Below are positions 1 through 13,764 of a stretch of DNA of 64,000 nt, one piece after another. This DNA comes from Eledone cirrhosa. Its lineage: Eukaryota. The stretch covers positions 15,686,001-15,750,000 of the forward strand of contig OZ024751.1 of NCBI GenBank assembly GCA_964016885.1, given 5' to 3'. The notes below the pieces were generated by a model. The model was not told the origin of the DNA. It did not search any database and saw only the letters and a program-made list of their open reading frames with translations. Position 1 is the first letter of the stretch. The number at the start of each line of letters is the position of its first letter. The position numbers were made by a program, and so were the translations under genes.

Positions 1-47
1 ATATATATGTATATATATGTATATATATATATATATGTATATATATG

Positions 48-90
<43 letters not shown>

Positions 91-114
91 ATATAAGTAT
101 ATATAATCTATATC

Positions 115-145
<31 letters not shown>

Positions 146-295
146 GTATATATATATGTATGTATATATATGTATATATATATATGTATGTATGTATATA
201 TATATGTATGTATATATATATATATATATAATATATATATGTATGTATATATATATATGTATGTATGCATATGTATATATATATATATATGTATG

Positions 296-379
<84 letters not shown>

Positions 380-398
380 CATATATATATATATATAA
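1..398. repeat. (TA)n/(TATG)n microsatellite
   Basis: Directly visible; explains the YIYI ORFs. Confidence 0.98.
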
Positions 399-1102
399 GG
401 AACTAACCATAACTAACAACATAATTTTCCAAAAACAAATTGCATTAGATCATATAAAGATTATCTGAAATTATTTTATGTTGAGCGTAAGTAAATCTAT
501 GTATTAGGCATTTTAAATGGTAAAATATAGAATATACTTACAGTGATAGATAAGGTAAGAAAATAGAATTCTTATTACTAATTATAATCTAGAGTGAATG
601 TAGAAAAAGTGGTTGAACAGCGAATTATTCTTTCTTCCAAAGAATGTACAAGTAATATAGCACAATCGAAAATGTTTACATTGATATATCATTATATCAC
701 AGAACTGTAGTTCTTCGTATATACATACTAAATATTGTTGATGTGGTTGTTAAGTGTTCCACTTGATTAGATCAACAGAACAGCCTGCTTGTGAAATTCA
801 TTTACACACGTCTGAGCATTCCCCAGATGCGTGTAACTTTAACATACTTCTCAGAGACATTTAGCCTGAGACAGTGTATGACAAGGCTAACTCTTTGAAT
901 TGTGTAATCAAGCATTCCGTAGATACACGAATCTCTAAATTGTTCTCAGGGAGATTCAACATGGCATGGTGTATAGAAGGCTGACTCTTTAAATGACACA
1001 TGAATCTTTAACATAGTTCTCAGGAAGATTCAGCGTGACACAGTGAGTGACAAGTATGGCCATGACTGGTTTTTTGAATGACAAGTACAGGTACCGGTAC
1101 AT

Positions 1103-1245
1103 CCAGTTTTTGTCTACCCAATTTCACTCACAAGACATGGTTCGACCTGAGGCTAAAATAAACAACACTTGTCCAAGACGCCATGAAGATTTAGAACCCG
1201 GAACCTACTGATTGCAAAGTCAGCTTCTTAACTATTCCACCATAC
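1103..1245 (-). mobile_element. Degenerate tRNA-derived SINE (second family)
   Basis: Reverse complement reads ...aagaagctgactttgcaatcagtaggttccgggttc...ttggacaagtgt...gtgagtgaaattgggtagac, i.e. a tRNA-like head plus body; the head is partly duplicated at ~1545-1645. Confidence 0.55.
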
Positions 1246-1375
1246 GGCATCCACTATTATAAACTATAAACTTCAGTAAGTGCATAAACACTCGTTATCC
1301 TGGAACTATGTATGATGCATCGTTTACATACACACACTAAATATTTATATAACTAAATCCATGTACTCTATGTAG

Positions 1376-1524
1376 GAGAGTTTCTTGTTATTTATCCACT
1401 GCAATTTCCTACTTTTGGTCATCCATGTATGAGAGATGGAAGAGTGTCCAACATTGGCATATGTATCTGAGTCCAGTTTGGCTTAGCATATTGTTTCTGA
1501 TAATTTCATTATGCTACAACTTAT
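1376..1524 (+). other. Putative exon encoding a signal-peptide/TM-like segment (copy 1 of 3)
   Basis: tag| acceptor and |gtgagt donor; open frame RVSCYLSTAISYFWSSMYERWKSVQHWHMYLSPVWLSILFLIISLCYNL; paralogous copies at ~11320-11469 (+) and ~10600-10760 (-). Confidence 0.4.
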
Positions 1525-1849
1525 GTGAGTTTATGAAGAGTGTCGAACCCGGAACCTACTAATTTCGAAGTCAGCTTCTTAACAATTCCATCATACGGTA
1601 TTCACTATCATTAACTATAAACTTCAGTAAGTGCATACAATCTCGTTAAACAGCGACTTACTGTTTCTTGGATAAGAAAGCAACATAAAGAATATGTTTA
1701 TAACTATTGAGAATATTTATATTAATTTACTCTGGAACTGTATATGATAGCCTCGCTTTTCCATGCTTTAAATATTTATATAACAATAAAACATTTAAAA
1801 AGTTATATACATCTATGAGACAAGATTTAATTCTGTCATCATGATGATA

Positions 1850-2115
1850 AAGAAGAAGACGAAGGAGAAGAAGAAAAAGAAGAAGTAGTAAAAGAAGAAG
1901 ACGAAGGGAAAGAAAAAGAAACAAGGAAGAACAAGGAAAAGATGAAAAAGATAAAAAGAAGACAAAGGTGAAGAAGAAAAATTTAAGAAAAAAGTGAAGG
2001 AAAAGAAGAAGGAGAAAAATAGAAATGAAGAAAGAAGACGAAGAAGGATAAGAAAAAGAAGAAGAAGAAGAAGACGACAAAGATGAAGAAGAAGAAGAAG
2101 AAGAAGAAGAAGAAG
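1850..2115. repeat. (GAA)n-rich low-complexity tract
   Basis: Visible purine-rich trinucleotide tract. Confidence 0.9.
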
Positions 2116-2600
2116 ATATAACTAGCCAAACAACCATCAAATTGTTATTTTCAAACTTTCTACACTTGTATGTCTAATAAGAAATGTTTAGTGTTATGTT
2201 GTGGACTGTCGTACCTCTAACAAAGTATGATCACACTCATTAACAATGGTAGTGGGAGTGGGGCGGCTGGAGGGGGAGGAAGGATAAGAATTTTAGTTGT
2301 AGTAACTTTTATGATATTACTGAAGACAATAAGGAAATAATCTACCAACCAGAATGGAACACATTAATTTTACAATATCTATCTATCTATCTATCTTGAT
2401 AGAGTAAGACACGCTTCACATCGGCTCCGCTATTCCATCGGGATTTACCCTTACTATAGTAAGTACCAGATAAATTTTTCAGTGCAACACATTTGGAACA
2501 CTAACCCCTGTTATTTAGGGAAACATTTTTGCATTTACCCCCTTTTTAGGGGGTAAAATAAATATCTATTTTTTTGCCGAAAAATTTCTTTCTTGGCAGC

Positions 2601-4408
2601 ATGGCGGAAAAGATGGCAGACATGTCTGCCATTAGCTCTGCCACGCCCCCCAAGTCTGAAGAACAAAAAATAATTACAACAAAATTAGACAACGAAACAA
2701 ATAAGGAAAATGAAAAAACAAATGTTAAGGAAAATGAGCAAACGGAAAACAAACAAACAGAAAATAATACAAATAACAACAGGGCAACTTTCGCCCAGAA
2801 AACAAAACAGTCCATAACATATACACCAATTGACTTAACTGCCGCCAGAGAAAAACTGGCCGAAGCGAAAAAACAAATAGTCTTGGGGGAGAACGGAATG
2901 TTTTCCATTAACTCCCCCCCCCAGAATTCAAGAAAGCGAGAACAGAGAGCACAGTTCTCTTCAGAACTATATTGAACCAAACAAGAAAGCCAGCACAGCC
3001 CAGCCAAATGGAAATAGAGTTGGTCCTAAAAGACTATATGAAGAATATTCTCTTCATACGAAAGGACCGACTCTATGGCAGCATTTCGGTCTTAACAAAA
3101 GACAAGGAAACGGCGGAGAAGCTTTCCCTAAGCCCACTCTCATCGACAACATACAGCTTCTATCCCTCCTACATGGGTAGAAGAACACAGAGAGTAAAAG
3201 TAAAAACAATGCTGCCCACAATGGACTTCTGGTGGGCTATTGCTGGCTTCATAGACATGGGCGAAGACACAATGCTGTCAATGAGGAAGGCAACTGGAGA
3301 TGCGTTCCTGGGAATGGGCCTCGACATACTAGTCCAAATGAGGCCCGAAAGAATAGCACAAATCCCGGATCGCATCTGGCTGGATGACCTCACCCCAATA
3401 GATATAATTGTAGAGGGGAGAAGACCAGCACGCTATTTATGCACGGAAAGGGGACACGTTAAGGCTAACTGCCCGAAACGTATCCCCCAAAAAGGACTAT
3501 TGCCCACACCCACCACAAACAGTACACCAACACCACCCACCTCCAAAAATACACTAATACCACACACAGCAAACAAAATACAGACACCACCAACCACAAA
3601 CACAACACAAACATCACCACCACCAGCACCAAACACAAGCACGACACAAAAATCACCACCACCATCACCAACCACAAGCACGACACAAACATTACCACCA
3701 CCACCACCACAAAACCCATTCCAAACAAATAATAAAAAAAACAGTAACAAATCTACCCCTCCCGCAAAAAAAAACAACCACACAACACGTCCCTCCCACC
3801 TAGCGCTGAAGAGTTTCCCCCAACTTCTGAAGAAGAAGGAGGAGAAGCCTTCAGACAAGTTAAAAGAAAAAAAAGAAAACACACACCCAGCACACCACAA
3901 ATAACCCACACACAAACACCAACTCCAATCAAAAACACCCCACCCTCAACAAACAAAAATAAATCTGCGCCTCCCCTCTCCGAAACATTGACAGCATCAC
4001 AAAAAAGACGTTGCAATACACATATATAAATAAAGAAAACAAAAAACTGGTTAAATTAATAAACAATAACTCTATGGTGCAAACCGAAGGGCCAAACTTT
4101 ATCTCAACAGAGAACTTCACCCATTTAAAAATGATAAAGGTCCCTCTGGACCTTTATCGTTCCTTAAAAGAACAATTTAGACAGGACGTGAGCCCCCCTG
4201 TTTAAAACCGTTAAATCGCGTCCTCTTGAAAGATTTCCCCATAACCGCCCCTCTCCCTGACACAACTCCAAATACCCCAACCCCACCACACACGGGTACC
4301 CCCACACCACCACAAAACATCCCTCCACCCAACACACCTGATGCCATGGAAATTACACAACCCGGAGAGGTAGGTGCTTTTCTTTCTTCACTTTCAACAC
4401 CAAAATAG
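2601..4408 (+). pseudogene. LINE ORF1 (gag-like, zinc knuckle, Pro/Thr-rich tail), disrupted
   Basis: ORF pieces 2574-2975, 2972-3904, 4011-4205 and 4226-4408; knuckle remnant (R)YLCTERGHVKANC matches CX2CX4HX4C with the first Cys lost. Confidence 0.75.
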
Positions 4409-4413
4409 ATCAA

Positions 4414-7400
4414 TTGAGAGTTGGCTGTTTGAACGCGCGTGGCCTGGGCTCAGCTTGGAAGCAAGCAAAGCTTCTAAGTGACCTCAGGTCACAAAGTATA
4501 GATGTGATGGTTGTTTGCGAGAGTCGGATCAGCAGCGTGAGACAGCTGGCGCCCGCCTTCGATGACTTTGAGATGCACGCATCTCTCTGTCAACCCGGAG
4601 GCGGGGGGGGGGGGGGAGTTGCCGTACTGCTGGATAAACGTCTGGCTCTCGATGTACAGATTGTTCACTCGGACCCGGGGGGTCGATTACTGGTGCTGGA
4701 CGTCGGGGGCGGTGAAGGCGGGGCTTTCAGACTGGTCGGTCTTTATGCCCCCTTCGGGGCGGAAAGAGCCGACTTCTTCCAGCGTCTGGAGACTTTTCTA
4801 GGAACGTCGCGTTCCCTGCTTTTAGTGGGGGACTGGAATGGAATCCTAGATGCGCGTTGGGACTATGCAGGGGCATGTCCCGATAGAGGGGTTGTAGCAG
4901 CCTCAACGGGTTACTCGATCGATTCGACCTGGTCGATAGATTTCGACTAGATTGTCCAACTGCGCCAACCTGGACCTGGGCAAACCGCAGTGGACAATCT
5001 AGATCGTACCTAGATAGGTTTTTGGTTAGGAGTAAGGATAGGGACGTATTTAGTTGTCCAGAACTGATCATGGTTGGCTATTCAGATCACAAATTAGTGA
5101 CCTGCGTGGTCAACCTTGATAGAACGCATAGACAGGGTCCCGGTTACTGGAAGATGAACTTGTCCTTGCCGGCAAAGAAAGATTACAGGAACCGGATTAG
5201 TAGCTTAGTTAAGATGCGGTTGACGGGAGCGATCGTCAACAGAAAGTGGTGGGTATCTCTAAAGAGAGAGATTAGAGTAAGTTCGATAGGTTGCAGTAAG
5301 GAACTAGCGGCAAATAGAAATAGGAAGGAAAGGGAGTTAACAGATAAACTAGAAGAGGCGATTAGGAGCGGAGACGTGGCCAGAGTGTTAGCGGCGAGAA
5401 CGGCGTTGAGCCAATTCTTTGACGCGAAGCACGAAGGCTGCGTTGTCCGAAGTAAAATACGTGCTTTAGGAAACGAGGGGACCAAAGCTGTTAGCTGGGC
5501 CCGCGTGACAGAAGCCAAGAGTGGGATTAAATCCACCATTCGGTCTTTGCGAGACCAGGATGGACGGGTGATCCTTGAACCTGAGCGGATGTGCGAGGCC
5601 TTTCAAAGGCACTTTGTTCGACTGTTCGGAGGGGGCGGGGGGCCGGACGGGGATGTGGACTTCGGTCCATACCTCGACGGTCTACCGCGTCTTTCGAGAG
5701 GCGAAGCGGAGTGCTGCGAAAGGCCAATCACAGCCACTGAAATCGGGGAAGCACTCAGCCAATGCAGCAGACGCAAATCTCCGGGTCTCGATGGTCTACC
5801 ATACGAACTTTATTTAGCTATGCCGGTCTTGTTCTCCGAACTCCTCGAGGCTGTCTATTGCAACTGGCAACAGAATGGGAGAATTCCCTGTTCTGTGACC
5901 AAGGGCGTGGTCACGCTAGTGAGGAAGGACGAGAGCAAAAGGGACGACTTAAGTAACTTTAGGCCCATAACTGTGCTAAATGCAGAGTTACAGATTTTGG
6001 CCAAGGTGTTGGCGAAGAGGTTGGCGCTTGTGGTGGGTGGTTTGGTGGGAGACGCGCAGACATGCGCTATCCCGTCCAGGTCCATTCACGACAACCTCCA
6101 CCTCATGCGATACATCGTAGAGAGGGTTGGCAACGAACCCGGCTTTGGTGGGGCTCTGATCAACTTGGATCAATCTAAGGCGTTCGATAGGGTCGACCAT
6201 GGTTACCTGGATGCGGTGCTAGCGGCGGCGGGCTTCGGACCCGTTTTCAGGGGCTGGATTTCTGCCATGCACAGTGGCAACATCTACTCTAGGATTAAAG
6301 TAAACGGCTACCTCTCGGAGCCGTTTCAAATCACCCGGTCCATCAGACAGGGGTGCCCCCTCTCCTCCCTTCTGTACGTATTGACTCTCGAGCCACTGCT
6401 GCGGAAGTTGGAGTTGCTGCGGGGCATACCCCTGGAACCGGGATTGCACAAAGCGGTCTCGGCCTATGCCGACGACGTAACAGTAATGGTGGCGGACGCC
6501 TCGGAAATCGGGGCGATCGCCACCCTACTGGAGGAATACGAAAGGCTGACGGGGGCTAGGCTGAACCAGGACAAGTCAGTCGGTTTGCAACTCGGAACGT
6601 GGAGGGGCAAACCGATGCCGTTAGACGGTGTCGTCGGGCGGTGGACGGAGGGCCCGGTGAAGCTGCTCGGGGTCTGGTTCGGACCGGACCTCCAGGTGGA
6701 GAAGAATTGGGGCGAGGTGACGAGCAGGGTGTTTGCGCTGACCCAGAAGTGGGCCAAGTGCAAACTATCACTGAAAGGTCGGGCGGAGGTGACGAACGCT
6801 TACATAGCGTCCGTCATCTACTACCGCCTGACCGTCGTGCCTTGCCCCAAGGAAAAGCTCACCATCATGGAACGCATGCTCTTCCAGTTCCTCTGGAAGA
6901 AGCGGCCTCCCATGGTGAGGAGATCCATCTGCTGCCAGCACCCTTCGAAAGGAGGGATGGGTATGCCGTGGCTGTTGATGCGTAGGCACGCATTGAGGCT
7001 ACGGCATCTACACGTATTCCTCAACGGTCAGCCGGTGTGGGCCCCGTTTGTGAGGCGAGCCTTCCCACAGCTCGTCTCGCTCACCGAACTGCAATCCTGG
7101 GTGAAGCAAAGACCGAGAAAACTGGGCAACTGGCACACCGAGTGTGCCCAGGCGCTCACGGCTATCTGGCAAGCGGACCCGACTATCAGTGGAGAATCCA
7201 CCTCGACATTCTATAGAGGGTTGGTGGCTAGCAAGGGCGACGACACCCTTGGAGAGTCGCTAGGCATGGAGGAGGACGAACTGGCCAGCCTGTTCGGTAG
7301 AACTTTCGGCCCGGGACCCATGGACAACTTCCAGAGGTCCCTAGCCTGGCAGTGTTACCGGGGGGCTCTGCCCATTCGAGAAAAGCTCTACAGACACGGG

Positions 7401-7846
7401 CGCCCGGGTGGGATCCCGCGAAAAAGATCTGTCCCAGATGCGTGCGCGACGAGGAAACCGTTGCGCATGCACTGGTACACTGCCCGGGCGTTGCCGATCT
7501 GTGGGGCTACGTCGAACGATTGCTGTCGCGTGTGGCGCCGATTCGATTAACCGCCGAGTCTGTGGTGAACATCAAGCCGCCTCCTCCCTTCAGAAATGAA
7601 GCAGAGGCGGTCTTTCTGTGCGTAATAGCCATGATGAAAGAGGTTGTGTGGTGGACGCGCCTGAAAAGTCTGAGGTCGGGTGACTTTCTCTCCGGCCATC
7701 ACCTGGTTTACTTCTTCCGATACCACTTCGGAAGAAGGATCAGGATGGAGAGAGAAGTGCTTGGCCCCAGACAGTTTTATGAAAGGTGGGTGAAAGAAGC
7801 GAGAATGGCCCGTGTAAATGGGCCTTCTCTCTACATTGTTCTGTAG
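4414..7846 (+). pseudogene. LINE ORF2: AP endonuclease + reverse transcriptase + C-terminal Cys/His finger, with two frameshifts (~4900, ~7410)
   Basis: APE motifs LNARGL, VCE, YAP, GDWN, YSDHK; RT motifs SPGLDG, FRPITVLN, LDQSKAFDRVDH, RQGCPLS, AYADD; CPRC..ETVAHALVHC. Confidence 0.95.
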
Positions 7847-8076
7847 GTGAAGAAGTGAAGAGGAAAGGGGGAGCGCCTCCTCTCTGGGCTTCCCCCGCGA
7901 AAAGAGTTGCACACTTTTCGGGGGTATGTGCAATCCCCAACACGCCCCCTCCCTTTTGAGGACTTTTTATTGTTATATTATTATTGTTATTCCTTTTTCT
8001 TTACTCGATTTATGTAAACTCCCCCACTGTGTAAATGTCCCCTTCTTTTGTGCCCTCGTGGCAAATAAATAGAAAT

Positions 8077-8077
<1 letters not shown>

Positions 8078-8152
<75 letters not shown>

Positions 8153-8179
8153 ATATCTATCTATCTAATTACCTACTTA

Positions 8180-8258
<79 letters not shown>

Positions 8259-8279
8259 CACAAGCACCCCCTACCACAA

Positions 8280-8323
<44 letters not shown>
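8078..8323. repeat. (TATC)n, (TA)n and (TAA)n microsatellite cluster
   Basis: Directly visible. Confidence 0.95.
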
Positions 8324-8324
<1 letters not shown>

Positions 8325-9728
8325 GAGTAAGAGCAATCTTAAGAACGGAATTAAATGCAAGGAATAGGATCGATGCCATAAACACGCTTGCCATACCAGT
8401 AGTAACCTACAGTTACAATGTCATCAACTGGTCAAGCACAGAGATCCGTAGGCTCGATACAAAAATTAGAAAATTCTTAACCATGCACAGAATGCATCAC
8501 CCTAAGGCAGGTACAGATAGAATATATCTCCCTAGGAAAGAAGGAGGACGTGGGTTAATCCAGTCAGATATTGCGTTGAAAACTGCAACAATTGGATTAT
8601 CTACATATTTAAGGGAATCACATGATTGGATGACCAAACTCGTTTTGAAACATGAAAGCATCAAAAGATCATACTCCATTACAAAAAATGCACAAAGATA
8701 CAGTAAGGGACTACAAATTTCAGAAGTTCCATTTACTGCTGAAATGAAAAACACAGAAAAAGCAAAGCAGGTAAAAGTAACTGCAAAGAAAGAACTGCTA
8801 CAGAAACTGGCTAAGAAATGGCAAGAAAAGCCTCTGTATGGAAAATACCCAGAAAGAGCTAACAATCCTGATGTTGACAAAACTTTAACCCATCAGTGGT
8901 TGGCATCCTCTGGACTGAAATCGGAGACTGAAGGACTGATTATATCAGCACAAGATCAGTGTCTGCCAACAAAAAATTACCAAGCCAACATAATAAAAAA
9001 TGGATGCAACCCATTATGCCGTGTATGTAAAAAACAACCAGAGACCATTGATCATATAATTTCAATGTGCAGTCCTATAGCTCCAAACTAACACCTGAAC
9101 AGGCATGACAGAGCTGCACAATACATACATTGGATAATGTGTAAGCATTTTGACCTGCCCCATCAAAAGAATTGGTGGGAGCATCAACCACCTCCCATAC
9201 TTGAAAAAGATCACATCTCAATCTTGTGGAACTTTAGCATCCAAACAGACCGAAAAATAGATGCAAATAGACCTGATATAATACTGAAGGACTTTAAAAA
9301 GAGGGTATGCCTGCTAATTGATATGTCCGTTCCAATAGACAAGAATGTATCTATAAAAACATTTGAAAAATTGAGCAAGTATAAGGACCTGGAGATAGAA
9401 ATGGGAAAAATGTGGAAATTGAGAACTAAAACAATACCAGTGGTTGAAGGCGCTCTAGGAATGATATCTAAGGGGTCTAATGATTACTTATCGCAAATCC
9501 CAGGAAACCCGCGTATAGGAGAAATACAAAAGATAGTACTAAAGAGAACTGCCCTTATACTAAGGAAGATTCTGTCAATATAAGTACATCACAAGTCTAA
9601 ACACCTAAAGATGCATGTGTGCGTATGTATGTTCTTTCTTGAACATGGCGGACCTTGTTGTCGCTTGAGGTCACTGGTTGTGACTTGGTGATAACTCGTA
9701 TGAACATAAAGCAACATAAATGCAACTG
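8324..9728 (+). mobile_element. 5'-truncated R4/Dong-type RLE non-LTR retrotransposon in (TAA)n
   Basis: [31 protein letters not shown] finger, RHD, RPDI..D (restriction-like endonuclease), K..KY.DL; one in-frame stop at 9089; (TAA)n on both sides. Confidence 0.9.
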
Positions 9729-9752
9729 TAATAATAATAATAATAATAATAA

Positions 9753-10117
9753 CCTGACCTGGACAAGGAAAAAAGATCGTGCCTGATTGTAGATGTACCC
9801 TGCCCATTTGACACGAGAGTGCAACAAAAGGAGAGGGAGAAAATTAACCGATACCAGGACTTAAAGTTGGAATTGCCATGAAGTCAGAGTCGTCCCGATT
9901 GTCATAGGTGCACTAGGTACTGTCTCAAAGAGTTTCCAAGGATGGTTAAAGAAAGTTAGTCCAGCCCCGCTTTTTGGAACACTTCAAAAAGCATGCTTGC
10001 TGGGAACAGTAAGAACTCTCCGATACGTCCTGAATATCTGAGGCTGCAGGTAGCAACTTGATATTCATTTCAAAAAACTTTCCAGTTAAATAACACAAAT
10101 GACTGAGACTGAAAGAA
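9753..10117 (+). mobile_element. Short 3' fragment of a second R4/Dong-type RLE-LINE family
   Basis: Remnant frame CLIVDVPCPFD..KEREKINRYQDL..VVPIVIGALG..LQKACLLGT; flanked by (TAA)n on both sides. Confidence 0.8.
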
Positions 10118-10118
10118 C

Positions 10119-10183
<65 letters not shown>

Positions 10184-10599
10184 TAAATACTGAAAGAACT
10201 AACAACAACACAGGAGAATACTGCCATGAGAGATTACACTGGATGACGTTTAACTTGAGAGAACTCTACTTGATTGCTCTGCAAAAAAATATCTAAGAAT
10301 AGAGATTACAAAGCAACACATCAAACAGTAAAAAATAAAAAATAAAATAAAACTAGAAATACTGAAGTATAATTTTGTAAATAATACTTGTAAAATTTAT
10401 TGATCTTACAAATGTTTGTAGTATTATCGGTGATACGACAACAAGTAGAAACAGCTATAAACAAACTATAGGTGGATAATTCATATTAACGCCAGACCGA
10501 ATTCACCCTCAACAAAAATGACAGACAATACAAATAACATAAAATAACTGAAAGCATCAGAGATTAGTACAATACCAAACTGATTGAAATATTTAGTAA

Positions 10600-10780
10600 A
10601 CTCGTATAAGGTGTAACAATAAAATTATCAGAAGCAACATCCTAATCCAAACTAGATTCGGATACATATGCCAACGTTGGACACTCTCCCATCTTTCGTA
10701 TATGTATAACCACAAACAGTAAGTTGCAGGGGATAAATAACTAGAAACTCTTCTACATAGAGTACATGGATTTAGTAGAG
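10600..10780 (-). repeat. Inverted diverged copy of the 1376-1524 exon-like segment
   Basis: ORF track 10593-10856 contains YERWESVQRWHMYPNLVWIRMLLLII; the donor site is altered. Confidence 0.6.
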
Positions 10781-11244
10781 GAATTAATATGAAGGTCGGG
10801 TTACCAAAAAATACGTCAAGTGAAATTGGAAAGAGGAAACAGAAAAAATAATTCAAAACAGTAATATTTATGTCATGTTAGATTCAAAATTATGAATAAG
10901 AGAATGAAATCGGTTATAGGTTTACAAATACTTAAGAATTAATGACTTATAGTATAACATTCACAAATGAAAGATAAAGTTAGGAAGGAAGATGTAAGAA
11001 CAACACAAGAAGTAGTGTAATGAATTTAAAAGTATCAGCATTTAAAATTCATGAACCTGTAACTCCTGGTGCAATAGTATGAACGTTTCTTGTGCATTTT
11101 ACACCTGGTAGAACCCACCCCTCTCCAGGTCTGAATACAGCTAGTTTCTTTCAGAGAAGGAAATAAAAGAGAGAGAATGATAAAGAGGGAATGTGAAAGA
11201 GATATAGGAGAAGAATCAACCCCAGTACTTGACACGTACTTTAT

Positions 11245-11510
11245 TCTGGAACTAGGTATGATGCCTCTCTTACATGCACACTAAATATTTATATAACTAA
11301 ATCCATGTACTCTATGTAGGAGAGTTTCTTGTTATTTATTCCCTGCAATTTACTACATTTTGTCGTCCATATATGAGAGATGGAAGAGTGTCCAACATTG
11401 GCATATGTATCTGAGTCCAGCTTGGCTTAGCATGTTGTTTCTGATAATTTCAATATGTTACACATTATGTGAGCTGATGAAGAGTTCGAACCCGGAACCT
11501 ACTAATTTCG
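11245..11510 (+). repeat. Direct duplicate of ~1300-1570, including the exon-like segment
   Basis: High similarity by eye; YERWKSVQHWHMYLSPAWLSMLFLIISICYTL followed by gtgagc. Confidence 0.8.
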
Positions 11511-11620
11511 AAAGGATAAATGGCAAAGTTGACATTGGTGGGATTTGAACTGAGAGAGCGGAGAACCATAACGGATACCGCAAAGCCTTTTATCCAACGT
11601 TCTAACGACTACCAGCTAAT
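11509..11620 (-). mobile_element. tRNA-derived SINE (main family), degenerate
   Basis: cgaaaggat..ggcaaagttgac..gggatttgaact signature. Confidence 0.65.
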
Positions 11621-12891
11621 AGATATAACTCTATAGCTACTAAACAGTATATATGCGATGCTAATAGGGAAAAGATGTCATAGAGTGGAAATTGAGAACA
11701 TCCATTTACTAAGCCTTGAATTAAAAAGACATTGTCCCCTAAAACTACTTAGAAACGTCTAGAATAATGAGAAGAGTAGAGGGGTATTAACTTAAGCGTT
11801 ATACAATACATAAAGACCCAGGATTAAAACAACTGGTAGGTAATGCTGCTAATTGTAAATACTTAGAATTAATATTATTGCTATACGTTTTACAATCAGT
11901 ATTCGGTTTTGATATTAGCTCTAATTCTTACGAAACATGCATTCAAATGTAAAGGACACTAAATATTGTATGTATGTGCCTGTAAAGTCTGGTGGAGTGG
12001 TAGGGGCACTGTACATACATACCTATACACATATATAAATACATACATACACGTATATAGATACACGCATACATACACATACTTTAGTAAATGCACACAT
12101 ACATTCATACATGTATAAATACATACATGCACCCACACAGACGTATATACATACACATACATAAATAAATACACTCATCACCATTTTACGTCCATTCTTC
12201 AACGCTATCATAGGTTAGACGGACACATACGCGCATACATATATACAAATATGCATACATACACTCACATACACATATATACATATATACTCTGCTAAGA
12301 GTTGCAATCGCTTGTCACATTATAGAGTTCGGTGCACTTTTAGGTTACGGTCAGTCACACGAACCTGTAACATATCCTGAATAAGCAGTGCCTGTGCTTT
12401 GAATGTGTTTTAAGTGGGGCAAGGCCTTGCACTCGACCAATCCCACTCTCTGAGCATCGAAAACTACCCGAAAAGGAGAACTGGTCAACATCATCGGATG
12501 CTTCCGAAACCGCAGGTATTTTTTCAGAGTTTCCCTCTCCTGTTGTGACAGGAACTGGGGGTCTTTCACTCCCAGGTGATGAAAAAAAAACAACAACAAA
12601 AAACCCCACATACATAATATATATATATACACACACATACACATACATACATACATACATACATACATACATACACACACATGCATAGATACATATTCTT
12701 CAACACAATCTTTCATATTGGAAAATGTATGTATATAAAGACTCGTACCTTCTAGTGGAGTCATAAGTGGGCCGTAGGGACGTACAACATTTTTTGGGGT
12801 GGGGAGTGGGGTGGGGGGTGGGTGGGTGGGGATGGTGTGCATTTTAAACCTGGGGGAGCTCACCCTCTTTGATCTTTTCCAGAGAAGAAGA

Positions 12892-12945
<54 letters not shown>

Positions 12946-12964
12946 CAGAGTGCATGATATAGAA

Positions 12965-13110
12965 GAATTCGACCCCAATGCTAGACTGGCATTTTTTGTT
13001 TTATTGACCTCGAGAAGATGAAAAGCAAAGTTGACCTCGGTGAAATTTGAACTCAGAACATAGAGGGATGGAATGAATACCACAAGGCATTCAATCCAAC
13101 GTTCTAATGC
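12965..13110 (-). mobile_element. tRNA-derived SINE (main family), degenerate
   Basis: gatgaaaagcaaagttgacctcggtgaaatttgaactcagaac signature. Confidence 0.7.
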
Positions 13111-13235
13111 CACCTACGCTAAATATTGTATGTATGGGCACGTAATTCCTGGTGGAATCGTAGCAGTGTCGTAGTGATATCACTGCTTTTTAGGTATTTT
13201 AAACCTGGCAGAGGTCATCCCTCTCCAGATACAGA

Positions 13236-13336
<101 letters not shown>

Positions 13337-13600
13337 TGGGGTGGAGAGGGGGAGATAGAGGGAGAGAGAGAGAGAGGGGAAAGAGAGGATATATATATAT
13401 ATATACGTTATTCCAGGTTGAATCGGAGGTAACCACAGTAAGTAAGGTACTCAATACATGTCGGATACAATGCTTTGAGATAGTCAATCCATCTCCCCGA
13501 ACCGCTCCGAGTTCAAATCTATGTTGATAAAAAAAGTACAACTCTACGGGGATCGATTCTTTCTCTCTCTCTCTTTATATATATAGTTTTAATATAGATG

Positions 13601-13651
13601 AGATTCTACAGGACTAGAACTGTTTCATTCTTTAGAAATCATCAGGAATCT
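13601..13651 (-). ncRNA. Type-I hammerhead ribozyme (GUA site)
   Basis: Reverse complement: agattc-CTGATGA-tttctaaagaat-GAAA-cag ttctagtc ctg-TA-gaatct; 6-bp stem I, 3-bp stem III. Confidence 0.85.
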
Positions 13652-13657
13652 GGCACC

Positions 13658-13708
13658 AGATTCCTGATGATTTCTAAAGAATGAAACAGTTCTAGTCCTG
13701 TTGAATCT
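13658..13708 (+). ncRNA. Type-I hammerhead ribozyme (GUU site)
   Basis: agattc-CTGATGA-tttctaaagaat-GAAA-cagttctagtcctg-TT-gaatct. Confidence 0.8.
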
Positions 13709-13723
13709 CATCTATATTAAAAC

Positions 13724-13764
<41 letters not shown>

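Larger units (their letters stand above)
2397..8077 (+). mobile_element. Near full-length Tx1/L1-clade non-LTR retrotransposon inserted in (TATC)n
   Basis: Two-ORF layout (gag-like ORF1; APE-RT-zinc finger ORF2); 3' end aataaatagaaatt; (TATC)n on both sides (2376-2396 and 8078-8165). Confidence 0.92.

Noticed and set aside
5183-7943. Overlapping antisense and alternate-frame ORFs in LINE ORF2
   Set aside because: Expected by-products of GC-rich coding sequence.
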